Assembly (NCBI GenBank): GCA_049412325.1
Contig: JBMSEL010000004.1
Span: forward strand, 11,075 to 75,074
From: Poseidonia sp.
GTDB taxonomy: Archaea; Thermoplasmatota; Poseidoniia; Poseidoniales; Poseidoniaceae
DNA: 64,000 nucleotides
Direction of reading: 5' to 3'
A program made the translations under genes and the position numbers. The notes under the pieces are model-generated. The model did no database searches and had not been told where the DNA came from. It worked only from the letters and a program-made list of their open reading frames with translations. Shown here piece after piece: positions 40,605 to 50,068 of the stretch. Numbering within the stretch: position 1 is the first letter of the stretch; every line of letters begins with the position of its first letter.

Positions 40605-41660
40605 ATGGCGACCGTGGAATTTCGCGACAAAGAGAACCTCATGAAGCGAGCAGCCGCTATTGAGCGACGGGTTGAAAGCATCACCAAAAACAACACCATG
40701 GCAGGCTTGCTGAATAAGAATTTCAAGAAATGGCTGTCCGATTCTTCCATGTCCCCAGTGAAACTCACCGAGGAACTCGACACCAACAAGGACGGGTTCA
40801 TCTCTGGTGATGAATTCGCAACGCTGCTGGGGAGAATGACTGGCGAACGGCCACCAGAATGGGTGGTAGAACTGGTCTTTTCCTTCGTCAACGCCGATAT
40901 CAACGACGGCATTCCGACCAGGGACTGGATGGCGTTTTTGGCCGCCAGCGGCATGGAGTTTCCTGACGAATTGTTCGAGGAGAAGGTGGAGGTCACTGGC
41001 ACCATCGCCATTCTTGACGAGGCTTTTGAAACAGGGAAGCCGATTTCTGTGACGGTCTCGTTTAACGTCGAAGTCGTAGCCTATGAATTCGTCGTCGTTC
41101 AAAACACCACCAAACAGGAAATTCACTCCTCGCTCACCCCAAATGTTGACATGGATCGACCCGATTTTGATGATTTCGAGATTGAACTGGATGAAGCGGG
41201 CACCTATACAGCTGAACTGCGACATCTCGGTGTTCGCCTCGACACGCACACGTTCACCGTCTCGGCAGCGCCGATTGAACCAGTGGTGGAACACGTCGAC
41301 GAAGCAACGGCCCCGGTTGAGGCGGACGAGGCCACCGCTGAACCCGTTGAGGACGGCTTCGAAGCCTTCGTGGCTCATGTTGAATCCATGAAATTACGCA
41401 GTGAGGCCCAAGCGGTCATCAGTGCGTCGGCGACCTTCGGTGTCTCCATCACCGTCCAATCCATATCGCGGACGCTGCTCGGTGTTGACCAGTACCGCAA
41501 CGGCCACACCGCCCACTGTACGAGTGATGGGGGAACGGCCTTCCGCGTGATGCTCATGCCGACAGAGAACCTACCGGAGCCGGGACATACCTACGCAGCA
41601 GTTGTGAAGCCACACGATTGGGACGTCGCCCTCAAACAACTCGTTTGTCTTGAACGATGA
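40605..41660 (+). CDS. Hypothetical protein with one canonical EF-hand
   Basis: EF-hand loop 'DTNKDGFISGDE' at nt 40779-40814. The remainder is beta-rich and acidic. ATG at 40605; the track start is a TTG at 40530 inside cca. Confidence 0.5.
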   Translation: MATVEFRDKENLMKRAAAIERRVESITKNNTMAGLLNKNFKKWLSDSSMSPVKLTEELDTNKDGFISGDEFATLLGRMTGERPPEWVVELVFSFVNADINDGIPTRDWMAFLAASGMEFPDELFEEKVEVTGTIAILDEAFETGKPISVTVSFNVEVVAYEFVVVQNTTKQEIHSSLTPNVDMDRPDFDDFEIELDEAGTYTAELRHLGVRLDTHTFTVSAAPIEPVVEHVDEATAPVEADEATAEPVEDGFEAFVAHVESMKLRSEAQAVISASATFGVSITVQSISRTLLGVDQYRNGHTAHCTSDGGTAFRVMLMPTENLPEPGHTYAAVVKPHDWDVALKQLVCLER

Positions 41661-42830
41661 TCACTTCAATGCCCGAGCGATGACGATGCGTTGCACCTCT
41701 TGGGTGCCCTCGTAAATCTGTGTGATCTTCGCATCTCGGAAGAAGCGTTCCACAGGGAATTCCTTGGTGTAGCCGTACCCACCAAGCACCTGAATGGCTC
41801 GCTCTGAGACCCACATAGCGGTATCGCCGGCAAACAACTTCGCCATGCTGGCCTCCTTTGAGTGCCGTGGACCACCGGCGTGGTAATGTTGTTCCTTGGT
41901 CCAGGCGGCCTTGTAGACAAGCAGGCGAGCGGCCTCGATCTGGGTCGCCATATCGGCAAGGTAGGCCATGATCATCTGGTGATAGGCAATCGGCTTGCCG
42001 AAGGCCTCACGCTCGTGTGCGTACTGCAAGGCGGATTCGTAGGCACCCTGAGCGATGCCCAAGGCTTGAGCGGCGATGCCAATGCGGCTGTTGTCAAGGG
42101 CGTTCATGGCGATGGGGAAGCCGTTTCCAACGCCCTTGATGACGTTTTCAATCGGCACCTTGCAGTTGTTGAGGACCAGGGTGCAGGTATCCGAGGAGCG
42201 AATGCCAAGTTTGTCCTCTTTCTTTCCAACAGCGAAACCTTCGTACTCTGCATCGACAATAAACGCCGTGGTACCGCCGTGCTTCTTTGTCCCGTAGTCG
42301 GGGTGGTCAACGTCTTTAGCGAACAGGACGATGATTTGAGCTTGGGCGCCGTTGGTCACCCACATCTTCTCACCGTTGAGAATGTAATGCGTGCCGTCGT
42401 CGGAAAGTTTGGCTTTGCACGACATGGCAGCGGCGTCGGTTCCGGCGCCGGCTTCGGAAAGTGAGTATGCGCCGACTTCGCCTGCTGCAAGGCGGGGCAG
42501 GAAGGTTGACTTCTGATGCTCGTCCCCGTGGAGGGCGATGGTCATGGAGCACAGGCCGACATGAACACAGTACATCACGGCAAAGGAGGGGTCGACTCGT
42601 GCCAACTCTTCGATGATGATGGCCTCCGACACATCATCGATGGGTGAGCCCCCATGGGCTTCGGGGATGGTGATCCCGTGGAGACCGTATTCGAGGAAGG
42701 CCTGCCACTCCTCGGAGGGTGGAATTTGATTTTGGTCTCGGTGCTCCACTGTAGGCGCAAGCACCGTTTCAGCGAAGTCTCTTACCAGTTCTCGAATCAT
42801 CTGTTGTTCGTCGGTTTCACCGAAGTTCAT
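41661..42830 (-). CDS. Acyl-CoA dehydrogenase (short/medium-chain type)
   Basis: Full-length ACAD pattern: 'YSLSEAGAGTDAA', 'NGEKMWVTNG', 'RIGIAAQALGIAQGA' and 'QVLGGYGYTKEFPVERFFRDAKITQIYEGTQEVQ'. Confidence 0.9.
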   Translation of the reverse strand: MNFGETDEQQMIRELVRDFAETVLAPTVEHRDQNQIPPSEEWQAFLEYGLHGITIPEAHGGSPIDDVSEAIIIEELARVDPSFAVMYCVHVGLCSMTIALHGDEHQKSTFLPRLAAGEVGAYSLSEAGAGTDAAAMSCKAKLSDDGTHYILNGEKMWVTNGAQAQIIVLFAKDVDHPDYGTKKHGGTTAFIVDAEYEGFAVGKKEDKLGIRSSDTCTLVLNNCKVPIENVIKGVGNGFPIAMNALDNSRIGIAAQALGIAQGAYESALQYAHEREAFGKPIAYHQMIMAYLADMATQIEAARLLVYKAAWTKEQHYHAGGPRHSKEASMAKLFAGDTAMWVSERAIQVLGGYGYTKEFPVERFFRDAKITQIYEGTQEVQRIVIARALK

Positions 42831-42948
42831 GCGCTCACCGAATCTCCCAACATGAGGAGTCTCTTAACCCGTTTGATTCGGAAAAATTACATTTTTTCCC
42901 TCAGTCTTCATATACCCCCTTCGGAAGCCGCGTGTTGAGGCCGCAACG

Positions 42949-43374
42949 ATGGATGACGACATCATTGAATTTGTAATTGCTCAAGACCGAAAATACTCGA
43001 TGGACCACCTGTGGTTCCAGCAGAAAGACCAGAAGTTGATGATTGGCGTGAGTGAATTCCTCCGCGTTGAAATTGGTGATGTATTGCGTGTGATTTTGCC
43101 GCAGGCAGAGACCGAAATTGACGAAGGCGGCAGCCTGTTCTCTCTATGGACGGCTGATGAAAAAGTCTCGTTGACATCCCCGTTTTCTGGCGTGATTTCC
43201 GATGTGAACGGCGAGGTTGAAATCAACCCTGACCTCGTCAACGATTCCGCCTACAATGACGGCTGGATCATCCTGCTCGAGCCCCATGAATTGCAACTCA
43301 ATCCCGACGACAAGCAGCTCCTTGAGAACCTCATGGAACACGACGAATACGTCGAGTACCTGGCCGAACTTTGA
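42949..43374 (+). CDS. Glycine-cleavage H-protein-like (lipoyl/biotinyl-fold) protein, atypical lysine position
   Basis: 'YSMDHLWFQQ...IGVSEF...GDVLRVILPQ...SPFSGVISDVNGEV..NPDLVNDSAYNDGWI' aligns without gaps to GcvH. The residue at the lipoyl-Lys position is Asp (D70), and Lys lies 2 residues later. Confidence 0.65.
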   Translation: MDDDIIEFVIAQDRKYSMDHLWFQQKDQKLMIGVSEFLRVEIGDVLRVILPQAETEIDEGGSLFSLWTADEKVSLTSPFSGVISDVNGEVEINPDLVNDSAYNDGWIILLEPHELQLNPDDKQLLENLMEHDEYVEYLAEL

Positions 43375-43439
43375 GCCGACGACACCCCGGTTTCATTCTC
43401 CTCCCGAAGGATGATGAACTCAAACCCCCACGGAATTTC

Positions 43440-44018
43440 ATGTCTGACCCTATGGAACAACTCCGTGCCAGCCTCCAAGCTGCACCGGTGATTTGGAAAG
43501 GCGACTACCCATATTTCATCCACCCCATCACCGACGGCGTCCCCCGGATGAATCCCGATGTCTTGACAGCCATCACCGAACTTGTTGTTGACCGCGTCGA
43601 TTGGTCCGGAGTTGACATTTTGCTGGGCATTGAAGCGATGGGTTTGCCCTTGACGGCCCCGCTGAGCATGGCCACTGGCATTCCACTTGTGATCGCTCGT
43701 AAACGCTCCTACGGACTTGAGGACGAGGTGGAGATTGACCAGTCAACGGGTTACTCCAAAGGCGCCATGTACCTCAACGACCTGAAACAGGGCGAACGTG
43801 TGGCCATCCTCGATGACGTGCTCTCAACTGGAGGGACGCTCGAGGCGGTGATCGAAGGTGTTCGCCGTGCTGGAGCGGAAGTGGTTGAAATCATCGCTGT
43901 TGTGGAGAAGGGCGGCGGCTTGCGTCGCCTGCAAGACCTCTACCCGGACCTGCGCATCCAATCCCTCGTTCGCCTCGAGATGGACGGCGACAAAGTGGTG
44001 CTCCTCGACGAAGACTGA
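43440..44018 (+). CDS. hpt: Archaeal-type hypoxanthine/guanine phosphoribosyltransferase
   Basis: 'LRASLQAAPVIWKGDYPYFIHPITDGVP' and the PRPP motif 'VAILDDVLSTGGT'. ATG at 43440; the track start is a TTG at 43371. Confidence 0.8.
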   Translation: MSDPMEQLRASLQAAPVIWKGDYPYFIHPITDGVPRMNPDVLTAITELVVDRVDWSGVDILLGIEAMGLPLTAPLSMATGIPLVIARKRSYGLEDEVEIDQSTGYSKGAMYLNDLKQGERVAILDDVLSTGGTLEAVIEGVRRAGAEVVEIIAVVEKGGGLRRLQDLYPDLRIQSLVRLEMDGDKVVLLDED

Positions 44019-44099
44019 ACATGCCAAGCCTTTGGAGGTGCATCGGTCCAATGGGTGGCTTCATGAGGGAGTGGCACCGCCGTTGAAATGAGGGGAAGC

Positions 44100-45209
44100 A
44101 TGGACCTTGACCGTCACGATTTCGAACTGGACGAGTTGATGGAGCGAATTCGCGCCAACGACAATCGTCTTATTGCGCTTCAAGTGCCCGAAGGCCTCAA
44201 AATGCAGGCGCTCGAGATGATGGACACCATCGAAACCGAAACCAGCGCTCAGGTGGTCCTGGCCGCCGACCCGTGCTACGGTGCGTGTGATCTCGTGCAC
44301 GACAAGATGCAGCTCATGGGCGTGGAACTCGTCGCCCACATGGGACATTCCCAAATGAACATCGATTCAGGTATGCCCACACAATTCATCAACGTCACCT
44401 ACGATGGCGACCCTGAACTCAGCCCTGTTCTTCCCTGGCTTGAACAACACCGAACCATGGCTCAAGCACGCCTTGCTGAGCAAGGGCAAACCTCGGAGTT
44501 GACCGAAGAAGAAGCACAAGAGAAATTCATGGACGCTGTGGGACGCATGGCACCGCTCACCAACACCAAACTCGGCCTGGTGGGTTCCATACAACACCTC
44601 CATCTGTTGCCTGACTTCCACGACCGTTTGGAAAAGGCTGGCTTTGATGTCACCATCCCCATTGGTGGTGCTCGCCTCTCGTTCCCCGGACAGGTGTTGG
44701 GCTGCAATTACTCCGGAGACGACCCTTCCATCGGACACTACCTCTTCCTTGGAAGTGGCGATTTCCACCCCATCGGCCTCGTCCTTCACACCGGCAAACC
44801 ACTGGCCATGCTCGACCCCTACACCGGTGATGCAGAGGAAATGTCGCTTCAGCGGATTGAACGCATCCTGCGTCAGCGCTTCGGCCTGATCATGAGTGTC
44901 CAAGATGCCAATTCCTTTGGCATCCTCATCGGAGAAAAACCAGGTCAAATGCGCCGCACCCTTGCCCTTCGAATGAAGCGCATGCTCGCCAAGCACGGCA
45001 AGAAAGGCTACCTGCTGGCACTGGAGCACGTCGGCCCTGAGCTCATCGACTTCTACCCCGTTGATGCGTTTGTCAACACGGCCTGCCCCCGCATTGCTAT
45101 CGATGATGCCGTCAAGTACCGCAAACCACTCATCACACCGTTTGAACTTGAAGTGGCCCTGGGCGAGAAGCAGTGGGAAACCGGCTACCAGTTTGATGAA
45201 ATCCCCTGA
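44100..45209 (+). CDS. dph2: Diphthamide synthesis radical-SAM enzyme Dph2 (2-(3-amino-3-carboxypropyl)histidine synthase)
   Basis: 'LIALQVPEGLKMQALEMMDTIE..VVLAADPCYGACDL', 'LGCNYS' and 'VNTACPRIAIDD' (three Cys blocks). ATG at 44100 has a GAGGGG SD. Confidence 0.85.
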   Translation: MDLDRHDFELDELMERIRANDNRLIALQVPEGLKMQALEMMDTIETETSAQVVLAADPCYGACDLVHDKMQLMGVELVAHMGHSQMNIDSGMPTQFINVTYDGDPELSPVLPWLEQHRTMAQARLAEQGQTSELTEEEAQEKFMDAVGRMAPLTNTKLGLVGSIQHLHLLPDFHDRLEKAGFDVTIPIGGARLSFPGQVLGCNYSGDDPSIGHYLFLGSGDFHPIGLVLHTGKPLAMLDPYTGDAEEMSLQRIERILRQRFGLIMSVQDANSFGILIGEKPGQMRRTLALRMKRMLAKHGKKGYLLALEHVGPELIDFYPVDAFVNTACPRIAIDDAVKYRKPLITPFELEVALGEKQWETGYQFDEIP

Positions 45210-45264
45210 TTCACTGAACCACAGCGACCTAAAGGCGAACATTGCGGCCGCTGTGAGACCACAT

Positions 45265-45273
45265 GTTTTAGAA
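45265..45273 (+). promoter_or_regulatory. TATA-like element (GTTTTAGAA) about 30 nt upstream of the orc1/cdc6 ATG
   Basis: Its position is consistent with a leaderless transcript. There is no SD before the ATG at 45299. Confidence 0.3.
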
Positions 45274-45298
45274 CGGTTGACATCAGCATTCTCATGAT

Positions 45299-46498
45299 AT
45301 GGTAGACTACCTTGACCGCATCGGCGCTGGGCTCATCATCGCCCATCCAGAGATGCTTGATTTCGACTATGTCCCCGATGAACTGGTGGGTCGAGAAGAG
45401 ATTCAACGTGAATTGGCCTCGAAGTTCTCCAACGTGGCTTCCCCAGAGGGGGCGGCCCGTGCGGTGATCACCGGTCCGGTTGGCAGCGGAAAAACGGTGC
45501 TCGCCAAGACCTTCTGCAGGGACCTGCAACGACACCTCGCCGGCAAGCGTGAACTGAAGGTGGCCCACATCAACTGCCGCAATGCCTCCACCAGCATGAG
45601 GGTGGCACAACGCATCCTCCACCAGTTTGACCCGGGTCATCCCGACCGTGGGCTCTCCCTCGGCGAAATGCTCCTCAGCCTGAGAAAGATGCTACGCCGA
45701 ACCTCAACCCACCTCATGGTGGTGCTCGACGAAGTGGACCACATGCTGCGGCGGTCTGGAGACGAGTTGCTGTACCAACTTCTGCGCATTGATGAAGACC
45801 AAGAAGGAACGGGGACGATCTCCTTGATGCTCATCAGCCAAGAGCAAGTGCTTGATGTCCTCGAGACCGCCGTCATTTCCAAGTTCGGCCAGTCCAATCA
45901 CCTTCGCATCCCACCCTATACCGTGGATGGGCTCGAGGCCATTGCCCTGCAGCGAGCCGAATTGGCGCTGGTGCCGGGAACCTACAACGAGGCCACCGTT
46001 CGCCTGCTCGCAGAGCGAGCTGGACCAAGTGGCGACGCACGCCGTGTGATCGAATACCTGAGCGCAGCGGCTGAGCGATGTGAATTTCGCCAAGACAAGT
46101 ACTCGGAACGCCTTATCAGCATTGAAGACGTTCACGCCATGAGCGACAATGTCGCCTTGGATACCACCGCTCGCTTGGAAGTGGTCGACGACCTCGCACC
46201 CCAGGGCATGTTGGTCCTGCTTGCTATGTGCCGGCGTCTTCGCACGGAAGAATCCATGACCATGGGCGACGTTGAACGGCTCTATGCGGTGGTGTGCGAA
46301 GAATATGAACAGAAGCCAAAAAGCCACACGACGCTTTGGAAATACATCAAACAGATCGAGCAAGACGGCGTCATCGCCACACGGGTGGCCACCGTCCCCG
46401 GTGGACGGGGGCGAACAACGCATCTAAGCATGCCACACTTCCTTCCGGCTGACATCGCCAGCCGCCTTGAATTGCTCTTACCGAAGCGACTTCGCTGA
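45299..46498 (+). CDS. cdc6: Orc1/Cdc6 replication initiator
   Basis: 'LVGREEIQRELA', Walker A 'GPVGSGKTVLAK', Walker B 'VVLDEVDHM' and a C-terminal winged helix 'GRGRTTHLSM'. Confidence 0.9.
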   Translation: MVDYLDRIGAGLIIAHPEMLDFDYVPDELVGREEIQRELASKFSNVASPEGAARAVITGPVGSGKTVLAKTFCRDLQRHLAGKRELKVAHINCRNASTSMRVAQRILHQFDPGHPDRGLSLGEMLLSLRKMLRRTSTHLMVVLDEVDHMLRRSGDELLYQLLRIDEDQEGTGTISLMLISQEQVLDVLETAVISKFGQSNHLRIPPYTVDGLEAIALQRAELALVPGTYNEATVRLLAERAGPSGDARRVIEYLSAAAERCEFRQDKYSERLISIEDVHAMSDNVALDTTARLEVVDDLAPQGMLVLLAMCRRLRTEESMTMGDVERLYAVVCEEYEQKPKSHTTLWKYIKQIEQDGVIATRVATVPGGRGRTTHLSMPHFLPADIASRLELLLPKRLR

Positions 46499-46571
46499 CC
46501 GTGTTGGCCATGCAGCAGACGATGGGGCTAAATACGGGTCTTTTGTCGGACAAATCCCGAGAGGTGCTACC

Positions 46572-47048
46572 ATGGCAGAATTCATCGCAGTCGTCAACGA
46601 CACTGACGCAAAGAACGGCGGCAAGTCCTACGCTCTGAAAATCACCGGCAACAACCACGCACAGATGCTCGGAAAGCGCATCGGCGATGTTGTTGACGGC
46701 CTGTTTGTTGGCGAGGGCGACAAGACGCTCTCCGGCTACAAACTCGAAATCACGGGTGGTTCCGACAAGACCGGGACCCCCATGCGCCGAGACCTCGAAG
46801 GTGGCAACCGCCAATCCATTCTCGTCACCCAGTCGACGGGGTACAAGGGCGAAGTCATCGTCAACAAGAAGAAGAGCGGTGAACAGAGGCGCTTCCGATA
46901 CAAGCCCGATGGCCTGCGCAAGCGACGAAACTTCCGTGGCAACACGGTCACCCAAGACACCCGTCAAATCAACCTCAAAGTGGTTGAAGCTGGCAAAAAG
47001 CCACTCGCCACCATCCTCGCCGCTGAGGGCGAGGAAGCATCGGAGTGA
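46572..47048 (+). CDS. rps6e: 30S ribosomal protein S6e
   Basis: 'GYKLEITGGSDKTGTPMRRDL...ILV...GLRKRRNFRGNTV..DTRQINLKVV'. ATG at 46572 has a GAGGTG SD. Confidence 0.9.
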   Translation: MAEFIAVVNDTDAKNGGKSYALKITGNNHAQMLGKRIGDVVDGLFVGEGDKTLSGYKLEITGGSDKTGTPMRRDLEGGNRQSILVTQSTGYKGEVIVNKKKSGEQRRFRYKPDGLRKRRNFRGNTVTQDTRQINLKVVEAGKKPLATILAAEGEEASE

Positions 47049-47087
47049 ACCCGAGAGGGTAATCGCAGGACATAGGAAGGGGGAAGC

Positions 47088-48326
47088 ATGGCACGAAAGC
47101 TTCCCGCTCAACCTGAGGTCAACATCGGTTTGGTTGGCCATGTCGACCACGGAAAAACCACGCTGACGCAAGCGTTGTCTGGCGTATGGACCGACACCCA
47201 TTCTGAAGAGCGAAAACGCGGCATCTCAATCAAACTCGGCTATGCCGACACGGCGTTCTACAAAGACGATAACGGCCAATATTACGCCACGGGCAAGCGC
47301 CCGGATGGCGGTGATGACGTTGAGGGGGAGTTGCAGCGTGTGGTGTCCTTCGTTGACGCCCCTGGCCACGAGACCCTGATGGCCATCATGATCACCGGTG
47401 CTTCCATCATGGACGGTGCCATGTTGATGGTGGCCGCCAACGAAACCTGCCCCCAGCCTCAAACCCGTGAACATCTCATGGCGCTAGAAATCGCTGGCAT
47501 TGAGAACATCGTCATCGTTCAAAACAAGATCGACCTGGTTTCCAAAGAGCGGGCCATGGAATCACAAGCAGAGATCAAGGCCTTCCTCAAGGGCACCATC
47601 GCAGAAAAGGCACCCATCATTCCCGTCTCGGCCCACCACGATGTGAACCTCGATGTGCTCATCCATGCCATTGAGGCTACCATTCCAACGCCCGATCGCT
47701 CAAAGGACAAGCGCTCGATTATGCATGTTGCTCGTTCCTTTGACATCAATCGTCCCGGCACGCGCCCCACCAAACTCCGAGGCGGCGTCATCGGCGGCAG
47801 CATCGTGGAAGGGGAGTTCTCAGAGGGCGATGAGATCATCATCGGCCCCGGTCGAAAAATCGAGAAAGGCAACAAATCCACCTGGGAACCGATTGAAGCC
47901 GTGGTAAGCAGCATGCAGGGCGGTGGATTGACCCTCGACACGATGCACGCCGGAGGTCTCTGCGGTATGGCCACGTTCCTCGACCCCTCCATCACGACCT
48001 CGGATAACCTTTCAGGCCAAGTTGTCGCTCGTAAAGGCGACCTCCCTGAGGTTCACAACAGCCTATCCATTGAGGTCAACCTGATGCAGCACATGGTGGC
48101 TGGAGACGGCGAATCGCCCGAAAAGATTCACCCGCTTCGCAACAACGAGATGTTGATGCTCAACGTGGCCACCGCCACATCAGTTGGTGTGACCCGAAAC
48201 GCTGAGAAAGGGAGAACAGACCTCGATTTGCGCCTGCCCATTTGTGCTGACAAAGGCCAACGCATCTCTCTTTCACGACGCATCGGCTCTCGTTGGCGCC
48301 TCATCGGCTACGGAACCATCGTGTGA
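47088..48326 (+). CDS. eif2g: Translation initiation factor aIF2 gamma subunit
   Basis: G1 'GHVDHGKTTL', 'DAPGHE', 'NKIDLV' and the zinc-knuckle region. Length and domain II/III pattern are typical. Confidence 0.95.
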   Translation: MARKLPAQPEVNIGLVGHVDHGKTTLTQALSGVWTDTHSEERKRGISIKLGYADTAFYKDDNGQYYATGKRPDGGDDVEGELQRVVSFVDAPGHETLMAIMITGASIMDGAMLMVAANETCPQPQTREHLMALEIAGIENIVIVQNKIDLVSKERAMESQAEIKAFLKGTIAEKAPIIPVSAHHDVNLDVLIHAIEATIPTPDRSKDKRSIMHVARSFDINRPGTRPTKLRGGVIGGSIVEGEFSEGDEIIIGPGRKIEKGNKSTWEPIEAVVSSMQGGGLTLDTMHAGGLCGMATFLDPSITTSDNLSGQVVARKGDLPEVHNSLSIEVNLMQHMVAGDGESPEKIHPLRNNEMLMLNVATATSVGVTRNAEKGRTDLDLRLPICADKGQRISLSRRIGSRWRLIGYGTIV

Positions 48327-48336
48327 GGCGTGAGCC

Positions 48337-48714
48337 ATGCAGCACGTGCTCATCGATGCGTGCGGTTGGGTCGCCTGCATGGAAGCTGGATTGAATGTCG
48401 AGCGCGACCTCGAATCCCTGCTTGGACCTTGCTCATGGGTGCTTCTGCCGCAGGTTGAGAAGGAACTTGAACAACTTGAACGCGGGCGTCCGAAGAAGAA
48501 GTCGTTGTTACTGAGCCTGTTGCGGTCTCGAGCACAACGGTTGCAGGGACAACCAATCGGCCATACCGACGACATCCTCGTGGCGTGCGCCATGGAGAAC
48601 AACTGGGCAACCCTCACCGTTGATACGGCCCTGAAACGCCGCCTGTACGAAGCGAACCTGCCCGTGATCGAAGTGCGACAAAACAGCCATCTTCACCTTG
48701 TCGAATCGCTATAG
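48337..48714 (+). CDS. PIN-domain protein (COG1412/Fcf1-like), conserved partner downstream of aIF2-gamma
   Basis: 'VLIDACGW...' provides the acidic PIN residues and 'TDDILVACA...ATLTVDTALKRRL' follows. The S6e / aIF2-gamma / PIN gene order is widespread in archaea. Confidence 0.7.
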   Translation: MQHVLIDACGWVACMEAGLNVERDLESLLGPCSWVLLPQVEKELEQLERGRPKKKSLLLSLLRSRAQRLQGQPIGHTDDILVACAMENNWATLTVDTALKRRLYEANLPVIEVRQNSHLHLVESL

Positions 48715-48719
48715 AACGA

Positions 48720-49019
48720 TTACGGAAGCGTGAACAAAACGTCGTCACCATGCCCGTCAAGCCAACCGATTTTCACGCCTGCATCGATCCATGCGTGGGC
48801 ATAGTTAATCGCTCCAAAGGCACGGACCAAATCTCCAGTCTTGAGGAAATGCTGAGCGTCAGAAGCGTAGTCGTCAGCCATCCGAAGCATCACCGCCAGG
48901 TGCACCGCTTCATCCGAGGGCGCTTCCACCAAAGGTGTGGCTTTGGCACGTGCCCGCCGTGTGATGTCAAGGTAGGATTCAACGCGCTCAACGGTAAGTG
49001 AAGTCAAATCTCCGCTCAT
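48720..49019 (-). CDS. DUF357-family small archaeal protein
   Basis: 'MADDYASDAQHFLKTGDLVRAFGAINYAHAWIDAGVKIGWLD' fits the DUF357 helical-hairpin signature. ATG at 49019 overlaps the upstream stop (ATGA) and has a GGAGGGTG SD. Confidence 0.55.
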   Translation of the reverse strand: MSGDLTSLTVERVESYLDITRRARAKATPLVEAPSDEAVHLAVMLRMADDYASDAQHFLKTGDLVRAFGAINYAHAWIDAGVKIGWLDGHGDDVLFTLP

Positions 49020-50068
49020 TCCCCACCCTCCTTTTGCCGCTTCAATAAGCGTCGAGCGTCTTCGGTACGCCCAAGGGCTTCGTAAAGTTCGATGGCGAGG
49101 GAAAGTTTTCCGAGGTCTTCGGCTTCTTGGGCTCGTACAAACATCTGACGCCGTTCCTCCCAATTTCGAGCCATGGCAGCTTCTGCGGCTGCTTTGTACC
49201 GGCCTTCACGCTCTGCATCGGCGAGATGAGGAGCCGTCCATCGACGCAGAAGACCTTCACGAGTCGCCGTTACCATAGCGTCCGGGGTGCACAGCACCAA
49301 CAAGTCGCCGAGATTCATGCCCTCCGTCAATGGCTTCTCATCCTCGGCGTCGTTTGGGCCATCGGTCATGGAGATGAGATGGCCTTCAATCCCGAGAACC
49401 CACCAACCATCGCCGCTTCGAACCGCCCCCATGGGCTCAAGGCTGTCGTATTCCAGCCGATTCAACATGTCCCAACCAAAGGGATGGGGAACGCCCTCCC
49501 AAAGACCACCATCACTGCTTTGCAACAACAATCGGCCCTCAGATAGTGTGGAACACCAACTCCATGAGCGATCTTCCAGCTTTCGTTTTCGGTCATCACC
49601 GGTCAACCGTCCACACCACAGATGGCCATCAGGGTCCTGCCAGAGCAGGTGCTCTCGGTCCAACCAACCAACCAACCGGCGAACGGGCCCGCTGTCAACG
49701 CGTCGAATACCACGGCCCTGTTGAGAGAAGAGGTGAATCTCACCACGTCGACCTGCAAGGGCCCAACCGCCGCCGGGCCGTGGTGACAAGTCACTGAATC
49801 CGCCAGGGGCACTTCGCCCCTCGTTTACCATTGAACCGTCGTTGGTGTTGATCAGGTAAAAACCGTGAGCGGCGAGGACTCCCACGGCGCCTTGCGTGGC
49901 TTTGGCCGCGTGAACTTTGAACGGAATGTCGACCGCCCACCGAAGGGTACCATCTGCCTCCAGCAAATCCAGTTGGAGTCCAGCGCTCACCAACACTCCA
50001 CCCTCAACAGCAGCGATCGTAGCCACGCGGTCGTTGGCTTGCCATGACCATGCAATGTTCCATGTCAC
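49016..50068 (-). CDS. Beta-propeller (PQQ/WD-like repeat) protein with C-terminal helical tail
   Basis: Repeated 'DG.LW/ DG..W' blades (EADGTLRW, NDGSMV, DPDGHLWCG, SSDGGLWEG, SGDGWWVLG). The C-terminus is TPR-like and helical. GTG start at 50068 overlaps the upstream stop (GTGA) and follows a perfect GGAGGTGA with a 6-nt spacer. Confidence 0.55.
   Translation of the reverse strand: MTWNIAWSWQANDRVATIAAVEGGVLVSAGLQLDLLEADGTLRWAVDIPFKVHAAKATQGAVGVLAAHGFYLINTNDGSMVNEGRSAPGGFSDLSPRPGGGWALAGRRGEIHLFSQQGRGIRRVDSGPVRRLVGWLDREHLLWQDPDGHLWCGRLTGDDRKRKLEDRSWSWCSTLSEGRLLLQSSDGGLWEGVPHPFGWDMLNRLEYDSLEPMGAVRSGDGWWVLGIEGHLISMTDGPNDAEDEKPLTEGMNLGDLLVLCTPDAMVTATREGLLRRWTAPHLADAEREGRYKAAAEAAMARNWEERRQMFVRAQEAEDLGKLSLAIELYEALGRTEDARRLLKRQKEGGE

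Noticed and set aside
45210-46571. Replication origin expected next to orc1/cdc6.
   Set aside because: The spacers flanking cdc6 are only about 89 bp and 73 bp. They are not AT-rich, and I could find no repeated ORB-like elements or inverted repeats in them. No origin can be claimed from this sequence.
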